Positions 17,001 to 23,443 of a stretch of DNA of 36,059 bases are shown here, in pieces. The first letter of the stretch is position 1; the number at the start of each line of letters is the position of its first letter. Source of the stretch: Patescibacteria group bacterium. Its GTDB lineage: Bacteria; Patescibacteriota; Minisyncoccia; UBA6257; HR35. The notes beneath the pieces are model-generated. The model worked only from the letters and a program-made list of their open reading frames with translations. It had not been told where the DNA came from and did no database searches. The position numbers were made by a program, and so were the translations under genes. The stretch spans positions 1 through 36,059 of the forward strand of contig JAUQOT010000002.1 of assembly GCA_030550735.1 (NCBI GenBank), given 5' to 3'.

Positions 17001-17064
17001 TTCAGTTGGATAGAACGCCGGCCTGTCACGCCGGAGGTCGCCGGTTCGAGTCCGGTCGCCCGCG
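16991..17064 (+). tRNA. tRNA-Asp (GTC)
   Basis: Acceptor GCGGGCG/CGCCCGC, anticodon loop CTGTCAC, T-arm GCCGG-TTCGAGT-CCGGT. About 70% GC by hand count (52/74). Confidence 0.9.
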
Positions 17065-17069
17065 CAATT

Positions 17070-17141
17070 GGGCAGGTAGCTCAGTGGTAGAGCGCCGTCC
17101 TGATAAGACGGAGGTCGTAGGTTCGATCCCTACCCTGCCCA
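17070..17141 (+). tRNA. tRNA-Ile (GAT)
   Basis: Acceptor GGGCAGG/CCTGCCC, anticodon loop CTGATAA, T-arm GTAGG-TTCGATC-CCTAC. Confidence 0.9.
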
Positions 17142-17150
17142 TAAAATTCT

Positions 17151-17236
17151 GCCCGGGTGGCGGAATTGGCAGACGCAGCAGACTTAAAATCTGCTGGGGC
17201 GAAGTCCCCGTGAGGGTTCGACTCCCTCCCCGGGCA
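17151..17236 (+). tRNA. tRNA-Leu (TAA), class II with long variable arm
   Basis: Acceptor GCCCGGG/CCCGGGC, anticodon loop CTTAAAA, variable arm TGGGGCGAAGTCCCCGT, T-arm GAGGG-TTCGACT-CCCTC. Confidence 0.9.
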
Positions 17237-17255
17237 CAAAATAAATAAACTTTTA

Positions 17256-18011
17256 ATGAAAAAATTTATTTTTCTTTTTCTTTTTATAATAATTATAGGT
17301 CTTTCTTTAATTTTTCTTTTTCGTTTTTCAAAAAGAAAAGAAATGGAATTTGAAAAAGTAAGTTTTTTAACCATAGATGGAGTAAAAATTGTTGGAAATT
17401 ATTATAAGAACAAAGAAGCAAAATTTGCTGGTATTTTAATTCATATGAGGCCTAAAACAAAAGAAAGCTATCATTCTTTAGCTAAATATCTTCAAGAAAA
17501 AGGTTTAAGTGTTTTAGCTATTGATTTGAGAGGTCATGGCGAAAGTATTGAATCTCCCAAGGGTTATTTAGACTATTTAAAAATGAGTGAAAAAGAAGAA
17601 CAAGAATCTATTAAAGACTTAGAAGCAAGTGTGGGTTTTTTAGAAAAAGAAGGTTTTTCTAAAAATAGAATATTTTTAATTGGAGCAAGTATAGGAGCTA
17701 ATTTAGTTTTTGAATATATGTCAGAGAATGAAGAAATAAAAGCTGGAGTTTTACTATCACCTGGTTATAATTATCGAGGAATAATTTTAGAAAATTTTTA
17801 TAAGGAAAGTTTGAAAGATAAATTTTTAATTGTTTCATCTAAAGATGATCAAGAAATGGCTCTTAAAGGATTTGACTGGTTTAAAGAAAAATACCCCTCA
17901 TCGACTTTTATTTTTTATGAAAAAGGTGGTCATGGAACTGATTATTTAGAAAAATATCCTGATTTAAAGGAAAAAATTTATAATTTTATTTTGGAAAAAT
18001 TAAGTTTTTAG
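17256..18011 (+). CDS. Membrane-anchored alpha/beta-fold hydrolase
   Basis: N-terminal anchor FIFLFLFIIIIGLSLIFLF. Motifs DLRGHGES, nucleophile elbow GASIGAN and C-terminal GGHG. Confidence 0.7.
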   Translation: MKKFIFLFLFIIIIGLSLIFLFRFSKRKEMEFEKVSFLTIDGVKIVGNYYKNKEAKFAGILIHMRPKTKESYHSLAKYLQEKGLSVLAIDLRGHGESIESPKGYLDYLKMSEKEEQESIKDLEASVGFLEKEGFSKNRIFLIGASIGANLVFEYMSENEEIKAGVLLSPGYNYRGIILENFYKESLKDKFLIVSSKDDQEMALKGFDWFKEKYPSSTFIFYEKGGHGTDYLEKYPDLKEKIYNFILEKLSF

Positions 18012-18019
18012 TGTATAAT
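18012..18019 (+). promoter_or_regulatory. Putative extended -10 element TGTATAAT
   Basis: It directly follows the hydrolase stop codon and lies upstream of the hairpin and the small ORF. Confidence 0.3.
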
Positions 18020-18028
18020 AAATTAAAA

Positions 18029-18078
18029 CTCCTAAGTATCTTCTCTAAAATTTTGTTTAGAGAGGGTATCTTGAGGAG
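18029..18078. other. Long imperfect hairpin: either a minus-strand intrinsic terminator or a 5' leader structure of the zinc-ribbon ORF
   Basis: Arms ctcctaagtatcttctctaaa and tttagagagggtatcttgaggag flank the loop attttg. About 20 pairs form if G:U pairs are allowed. The T-rich tract GTTTTAATTTATT follows only on the minus strand. Confidence 0.5.
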
Positions 18079-18107
18079 GAAGGTCGATAAAAATAATTAA
18101 AAAATAA

Positions 18108-18263
18108 ATGAGAAATAAAGGATTTAAGAAAAGGCTTTATACTCCTAGGGAAGGAGAATCTTGGATTTGCGCTAAATGTGGAAAACCGATAGATGCTCTT
18201 CCTTTTATCCCTTCTAAAGGAAGACCTGTTTATCATCGTGAGTGCCTTCCTCCTCGGGAATAA
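18108..18263 (+). CDS. Small basic zinc-ribbon protein (51 aa), absent from the supplied ORF track
   Basis: Translates to MRNKGFKKRLYTPREGESWICAKCGKPIDALPFIPSKGRPVYHRECLPPRE. It has CxxC...HxxC spacing and the local GC is higher than in spacers. It fills an otherwise unexplained 255-nt gap. Confidence 0.6.
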   Translation: MRNKGFKKRLYTPREGESWICAKCGKPIDALPFIPSKGRPVYHRECLPPRE

Positions 18264-18266
18264 AGT

Positions 18267-18956
18267 TTATTTAAAATAAATTTTTTGCGGGATTCTTAGA
18301 TCGATTCTTTTGGGATTTATAAATTTTTGTTCTTTTTGATATTCAAGGAAAATATAAAGTTTTTTAATTTGTTCTTCGTGATCTTTATTGGGATCGAACA
18401 AAAATTGTTGATCTAAATTGTTAATAACACTAATATCAAAGTTTGAGTGAATTATTATTTTTTTTATTTTGAAAGAATAAAGATTCGAAAATTCAAAAAG
18501 AAGATCGAAAAAATTTTTTAATTTAGGATTTAGAAGAGCCCCCTCTTTAATTTCTTTATAAGAAATTATTGTTAAAAAGTTTTCATTGCTTTCTGCTTTT
18601 TTTGTAATTCTTCCGTAATTATCTAAATAATAAGATTTTTGATTGAGAGCATCGTAAATAATCGCTAGAGGTTTGGCAATTTTGAAATTGATAATTATTT
18701 TTCTTTGAAAAAAATTTGGTTTTATATTAATTTCCATAATTTCTTTATTTTCTTCAATTAATTTCTTCGAATTTAAAAATATTAAAATCAACGGTTTGTT
18801 TAAAAAATATTTTTCTCCTAAGAAAATTTTTTCTGGTGGAGATACTCTTAAACTCTTGAAATTAAAGAAAAATACTAAGTAAATAAAAGTAATTAAAATA
18901 AAAAAGAAAAAAACATAATCCCAGTTAATATTCTTTATTTTTCTTTTTCTTTTCAT
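18267..18956 (-). CDS. FtsQ/DivIB-like cell-division protein (TM plus POTRA-like domain)
   Basis: Basic N-terminus and TM YVFFFFILITFIYLVFFF. A POTRA-like pattern follows (EINIKPNFFQRKIIINFKIAKPLAII...YYLDNYGRI). Confidence 0.55.
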   Translation of the reverse strand: MKRKRKIKNINWDYVFFFFILITFIYLVFFFNFKSLRVSPPEKIFLGEKYFLNKPLILIFLNSKKLIEENKEIMEINIKPNFFQRKIIINFKIAKPLAIIYDALNQKSYYLDNYGRITKKAESNENFLTIISYKEIKEGALLNPKLKNFFDLLFEFSNLYSFKIKKIIIHSNFDISVINNLDQQFLFDPNKDHEEQIKKLYIFLEYQKEQKFINPKRIDLRIPQKIYFK

Positions 18957-18971
18957 TAAAATAATTTTAAA

Positions 18972-20228
18972 ATGATTGATATAAAAGATCTTTTGAAAAA
19001 TCCTGAAAAATATAAAGAAGGATTAAGGTTAAGAGGTTGGGAAGATGTTTCAATTGTTGACGAAATAGTTTCTTTAAAAGAGAAGATAAATAGATTAATT
19101 GAAGAGAGAGATAATATCAGAGCTTTGATTAATAAAGTTTCCAAAACCAAACCAAGCGATGAAATAATTGAAGAAATAAGAGAAAAAAAGAAGGAATTAA
19201 AGGAAATTGAAACAAAAATAGAAGAATTAGAAAAAATTTTTGAGGAAAAAATTGATTTAATTCCTAATCTTCCAGCCCCAGATGTTCCAAAGGGTAAAGA
19301 TGAAAATGATAATGTTGTTTTGCGAACTTGGGGTGAAATACCAAAATTTGATTTCGAAGTAAAAGATCATTTAGATTTGGGTAAAGAGTACGATTTAATT
19401 GATACTGATAAGGCTGGAGAAGTTGCTGGTTCACGATTTTATTATCTTAAAAACGAGGTTGTTCTTTTAGAAATTGCTTTGATTAAGTTTGTTTTTGATA
19501 CAGTTTTACCTTATGGTTTTATACCAATTATTCCACCTTATTTTATTAAAGAAAAATATTATCGAGGTATGGGAAGAATAACCGGAGCTGATAGGGAAGA
19601 AAGATACTATTTAGAAAAGGATGATCTATTTTTAATAGGAAGTGCTGAACATACAATCGGCCCTTATCATGCTAACGAAATTTTAGATGAGGAAGAGTTG
19701 CCTAAAAGATATCTAGGTTTTTCTCCTTGTTTTCGGCGTGAAGCTGGAAGTTACGGTAAAGATGTTAAAGGAATTTTGAGAACTCATCAATTTGAGAAAG
19801 TAGAAATGTTTAGTTTCACTTTACCGGAGAAATCAGAAGAAGAACATAATTTTCTCCTTTCTTTAGAAGAAAAAATTGTCCAAGCCCTTAAATTACCTTA
19901 TCGAGTTGTTTTTATTTGTACGGGTGATATGGGAAGAACAGATTATAAGCAATATGATATTGAAGTTTGGTTTCCTGGACAAAATAAATATCGAGAAACC
20001 CATTCTTGTTCAAATACGACTGATTATCAAGCTCGAGGAATAAATGCTAGATTTAGGAGAAAAAAAGGTTCCGTTGAATATCTTCATATGTTAAATGCAA
20101 CTGCCTTAGCCATTGGAAGAGCAATTGCCGCCATTTTAGAAAATTATCAAAGAAAAGATTATATTTTAATTCCGGAAGTTCTTGTTCCTTATCTAGGTTT
20201 TGAAAAAATAGAAAGGAAATTTAAATGA
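18972..20228 (+). CDS. serS: Serine--tRNA ligase
   Basis: N-terminal coiled-coil arm. Class II motifs FSPCFRREAGSYGKDVKGILRTHQFEKVE and NATALAIGRAIAAILENYQ. Confidence 0.9.
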   Translation: MIDIKDLLKNPEKYKEGLRLRGWEDVSIVDEIVSLKEKINRLIEERDNIRALINKVSKTKPSDEIIEEIREKKKELKEIETKIEELEKIFEEKIDLIPNLPAPDVPKGKDENDNVVLRTWGEIPKFDFEVKDHLDLGKEYDLIDTDKAGEVAGSRFYYLKNEVVLLEIALIKFVFDTVLPYGFIPIIPPYFIKEKYYRGMGRITGADREERYYLEKDDLFLIGSAEHTIGPYHANEILDEEELPKRYLGFSPCFRREAGSYGKDVKGILRTHQFEKVEMFSFTLPEKSEEEHNFLLSLEEKIVQALKLPYRVVFICTGDMGRTDYKQYDIEVWFPGQNKYRETHSCSNTTDYQARGINARFRRKKGSVEYLHMLNATALAIGRAIAAILENYQRKDYILIPEVLVPYLGFEKIERKFK

Positions 20229-20626
20229 AAAAATATGAGTTTTTAGGGCATACAGCTGATTTTAGAATAAGAGTTTATGGTAGAAATTTTAAAGAAATTA
20301 TTCAAAACTCCCTTTTAGCTTTAAAATCTTTTTGGAAACCAAAATTGACCAAAGAGAAAGAAGAAATATTTTTAGATTTAGAAAATAAAAATCCAGCTTT
20401 TCTTTTGATTGATTTTCTTTCTGAAGTTCTTTCCCAGACATATATTAAAAAAGCAATTTTTTTAAATTTTAACGAAGAAGAGCTTAGCTTAAATAAAATT
20501 AAAGGAAAACTAAATGGTTTCCGGTTTAATTTACTCAAAAAAGATATTAAAGCAATTACTTATCATCAAGCAAATTTCTATGAAAACAAGGGATTATTTA
20601 TTTTTGAGTTTATTATCGATATTTAG
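20225..20626 (+). CDS. Archease
   Basis: N-terminal YEFLGHTADFRIRVYG and C-terminal IKAITYHQ...FIIDI are archease hallmarks. ATGA overlap with serS. Confidence 0.85.
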   Translation: MKKYEFLGHTADFRIRVYGRNFKEIIQNSLLALKSFWKPKLTKEKEEIFLDLENKNPAFLLIDFLSEVLSQTYIKKAIFLNFNEEELSLNKIKGKLNGFRFNLLKKDIKAITYHQANFYENKGLFIFEFIIDI

Positions 20627-20641
20627 ATTAAAATTTAATTT

Positions 20642-21589
20642 ATGAAGAAGATAACAGCTATTGGATCAGTTGTTTTGGATATAATTTTGGTTTCCGATGA
20701 AAAAAAACTTGAATTAGGCTCAAAGATAGAAGTTAAAGATTTTGCTTTTTCTTTGGGTGGAGGTGCCTTCAATGCTTCAGCAACTTTTAAAAAACTTGGT
20801 TTAGATCCAAAAATTTATTTTCATTTAGGTAGAGATTTTTTAGGAAGGATAATAGAATCAGAATTAAGAAAAACAAGAATTAATTATAGAATTTTTAGAC
20901 ATAAAAAAAGTACAACCTTCTCGGTTGTCTTTTTACCAGCCAGAGGAGAAAGGTTGATTTTTGTTTTTCGAGGACCTGAATCAGAGTTCACTTTTAAAGA
21001 ATTAAAATCAATTAAGCCCACCCCTTATATTTATATCACACCGGGGAAAACCCCACCCCACGAGCTTTTAAATTATTTAAAATTAATAAGAAACAAAACA
21101 CAACTAATAGGAATTAATCCATCTAAGGTTTTTCTTCAAGATAAAAATTCTTTTAAGGCTCTTTGTTTAACAGATATTGTTTTTATTAATGAAGAAGAAT
21201 CAAGAATTTTTACGAAAGATAAAAAGAGTGATATTATCACTTTAGGAAGAAAAATTTATAAAAAACTTGGATTAAAGATTTTAGTAATCACTTTAGGTGA
21301 TAAAGGTTGTCTTGTTTTCTTTGGAGATAAAATTTATAAGGCGGGTATATTTAAAATAAAAAAATTGATTGATAAAACCGGAGCGGGCGATGCTTTTAGT
21401 TCTGCTTTTTTTGGTTGTTTAGTCTTAAATGAAAAAATTAACGAAGAAAATGTTATAAAAGCCATAATTTGGGGGACAGCAAATTCAAGTTCAGTTATTC
21501 AAGAATTAGGAGCTCAAAATGGGATTTTAAATAAAGATGATTACAAAAAATTTGAAAATAAAAATTTGAAAATAAAAATTCTTCAATGA
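20642..21589 (+). CDS. PfkB/ribokinase-family carbohydrate kinase
   Basis: N-terminal GSVVLDI, GGGAFNAS, and the ATP/anion-hole motif DKTGAGDAFSSAFFG. Confidence 0.8.
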   Translation: MKKITAIGSVVLDIILVSDEKKLELGSKIEVKDFAFSLGGGAFNASATFKKLGLDPKIYFHLGRDFLGRIIESELRKTRINYRIFRHKKSTTFSVVFLPARGERLIFVFRGPESEFTFKELKSIKPTPYIYITPGKTPPHELLNYLKLIRNKTQLIGINPSKVFLQDKNSFKALCLTDIVFINEEESRIFTKDKKSDIITLGRKIYKKLGLKILVITLGDKGCLVFFGDKIYKAGIFKIKKLIDKTGAGDAFSSAFFGCLVLNEKINEENVIKAIIWGTANSSSVIQELGAQNGILNKDDYKKFENKNLKIKILQ

Positions 21590-22875
21590 TAAAGAGGATT
21601 AAAAATCTTTTGAAATCCCATTTTTCGATTTTAGAAAATACTTTCTGGCTTTATCTTTCAGAAATAACGAGCAGGAGTTTGCATTTAATTTTATTTTTAA
21701 TTATTGCTCGTCTTCTCGGAAAAGAAATTTTAGGTTTATTTTCTTATGTTGTTTCTTTGGCTGGTTTTTATTTTATTTTTTCTGATTTTGGAATATCCCA
21801 GCTTTTGATTCGTGATTATCAACAAAAAGAGAATAAAGAAAATTTAATTAAAAACTCTTTAGTGCTCAAAATTTTAGTGAACTTTTTTATTTTTTTAATC
21901 TCTCTTTCAGGTTATTTAGTTTTGAAAAACAAAGAATACAGTTTTCTTCTTTATTTCATCATGATTCTTTATTTTCTTGTTTATTCTTTGAGGGGTTATT
22001 TTACTTCTTTTTTTATAACAATTCATAAAAGTTTTTTTAATTTTTTGAGTAATTTAATAGAAGGAATAACAATTGTTATTTTTATTTTATTTTTATCTTT
22101 AATTTTAAAAAGTTCACTGGCTATTGGTTTAGCTTATTTATTTAGTTCTCTCGCAGCCTTTTTTGTTGTTTTTCTCTTCTTTAAAAAAAACATCAGTTTT
22201 GAATTAAACATCAAAGAACTTTTTAAAAAAGAAAATCTAAACAAAGCAAATTTTATTTATTATTTTAAAAACGGACTTCCTTTGACTTTTTTCGGACTTT
22301 TGGGTTATATTTTCTTTTCTACTGATCAGTTAATTCTTGGACACTTTCGAAATTTTAAAGAAGTAGGAACTTATGCTGTTGCCTCAAAATTGATTTTAGC
22401 CGTTAGTTTTTTGGGTTATCTTTTTTCAACTGCTATTTTCCCTTTAATCTCAAAATTAATTTCTGACTTAAAGAGATTAAAAAAATATTTCTACGCTTTT
22501 TTGATTTTACATTTTCTTTTGGGTTTTTTTACAAGTTTAATAATGATTCCTTTATCGCCTCTTCTTATCTATATAGGTTTTGGAAAAGAATATCTTGATG
22601 CTCTGCCTTTGGTTTATAGTTTAGTTTGGATTTTAATTTTTATGTTTCAAACTAATTTTTTGGATTATGTTCTTCTTGCTTTTAACCTTCAATGGTTAGA
22701 TTTTTTTATAACTCTTATTCCAGCTGTTTTGAATTTAATTCTTAATTTTATTTTAGTTCCTACGTATGGTGCTTTTGGGGCTATTTTTAGCAGTCTTGTT
22801 TCTCAATTGATTAACTTTTTTTTAACCCTGCTTCTTTCTTTATTTGTTATTGAAAAAACTTCAAAAAAAAGTTAA
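21586..22875 (+). CDS. MOP-superfamily polysaccharide/lipid-linked oligosaccharide flippase (Wzx/MurJ-like)
   Basis: 429 aa with about 12 to 14 hydrophobic segments, the typical length and topology. ATGA overlap with the kinase gene. Confidence 0.6.
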   Translation: MIKRIKNLLKSHFSILENTFWLYLSEITSRSLHLILFLIIARLLGKEILGLFSYVVSLAGFYFIFSDFGISQLLIRDYQQKENKENLIKNSLVLKILVNFFIFLISLSGYLVLKNKEYSFLLYFIMILYFLVYSLRGYFTSFFITIHKSFFNFLSNLIEGITIVIFILFLSLILKSSLAIGLAYLFSSLAAFFVVFLFFKKNISFELNIKELFKKENLNKANFIYYFKNGLPLTFFGLLGYIFFSTDQLILGHFRNFKEVGTYAVASKLILAVSFLGYLFSTAIFPLISKLISDLKRLKKYFYAFLILHFLLGFFTSLIMIPLSPLLIYIGFGKEYLDALPLVYSLVWILIFMFQTNFLDYVLLAFNLQWLDFFITLIPAVLNLILNFILVPTYGAFGAIFSSLVSQLINFFLTLLLSLFVIEKTSKKS

Positions 22876-22889
22876 AATATTTAATTGAA

Positions 22890-23360
22890 ATGCCAAGAAA
22901 AAAGAAAAAACAAAGAAGCTTACTAGTTCTTCTTTTAGAAGATATTCCTCATTTAGGTCAAAAAGGAGAGATCAAAAGCGTTAAACCAGGTTATTTTAAG
23001 TATCTTTTTTCTCAAGGAAAAGTTGCTTTAGCAACTGAAGAAAAATTAAGAAGTGAATTAAAACCACTTCTTTTAGAAACAAAAAAAGAAGAAAGGAAAC
23101 AAGAAATTTTAAAACTAAAAGAAGAAATTGAAAAACTAAGGTTTGAATTTAATTTAAAAATTGGTCCAAAAGGCCAAGTTTTTTCTCCGGTAACAAAAGA
23201 AAAAATTTTGAAAGCTTTTCAAGAAAAGGGTATAAAAATTAATAAATCACAAATTTTATTGAAAGGAAAAATAAAAAATGAAGGAGAATTTGAAATTCCT
23301 ATTAATTTAGGTTATAGCATCCAAACTAATTTAAAAATTATAGTTAAAAGGGGCAGTTAG
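22890..23360 (+). CDS. rplI: 50S ribosomal protein L9
   Basis: LLLEDIPHLGQKGEIKSVKPGYFKYLFSQGKVALAT matches the L9 N-domain, followed by a long helix and C-domain. The last 10 nt overlap tRNA-Val. Confidence 0.85.
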   Translation: MPRKKKKQRSLLVLLLEDIPHLGQKGEIKSVKPGYFKYLFSQGKVALATEEKLRSELKPLLLETKKEERKQEILKLKEEIEKLRFEFNLKIGPKGQVFSPVTKEKILKAFQEKGIKINKSQILLKGKIKNEGEFEIPINLGYSIQTNLKIIVKRGS

Positions 23361-23422
23361 CTCAACGGAAGAGCGCCTCGTTCACAGCGAGGAGGTTAGA
23401 GGTTCGAATCCTCTACTGCCCA
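23351..23422 (+). tRNA. tRNA-Val (CAC)
   Basis: Acceptor GGGCAGT/ACTGCCC, anticodon loop TTCACAG, T-arm AGAGG-TTCGAAT-CCTCT. Confidence 0.9.
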
Positions 23423-23427
23423 ATTTA

Positions 23428-23436
23428 TGATATAAT
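23428..23436 (+). promoter_or_regulatory. Putative extended -10 element TGATATAAT; clpB would be leaderless or nearly so
   Basis: Only 7 nt separate the hexamer end (23436) from the clpB ATG (23444). Confidence 0.45.
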
Positions 23437-23443
23437 TTAATTA

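Noticed and set aside
17006-17374. ORF-track entries 17006..17248 (+, 80 aa) and 17081..17374 (-, 97 aa)
   Set aside because: Both run through the tRNA-Asp/Ile/Leu cluster. Their GC-rich, Arg/Gly/Pro-rich translations are artefacts of stop-free tRNA sequence and are unlike every real protein in the window.
18029-18078. The hairpin as SRP (4.5S) RNA or a known riboswitch
   Set aside because: It has no GGAA/GNRA-capped conserved domain IV motif and no multi-helix junction, only a simple 50-nt stem-loop. The GGAGGAAGG stretch is too far (about 28 nt) from the ATG to act as a Shine-Dalgarno sequence.
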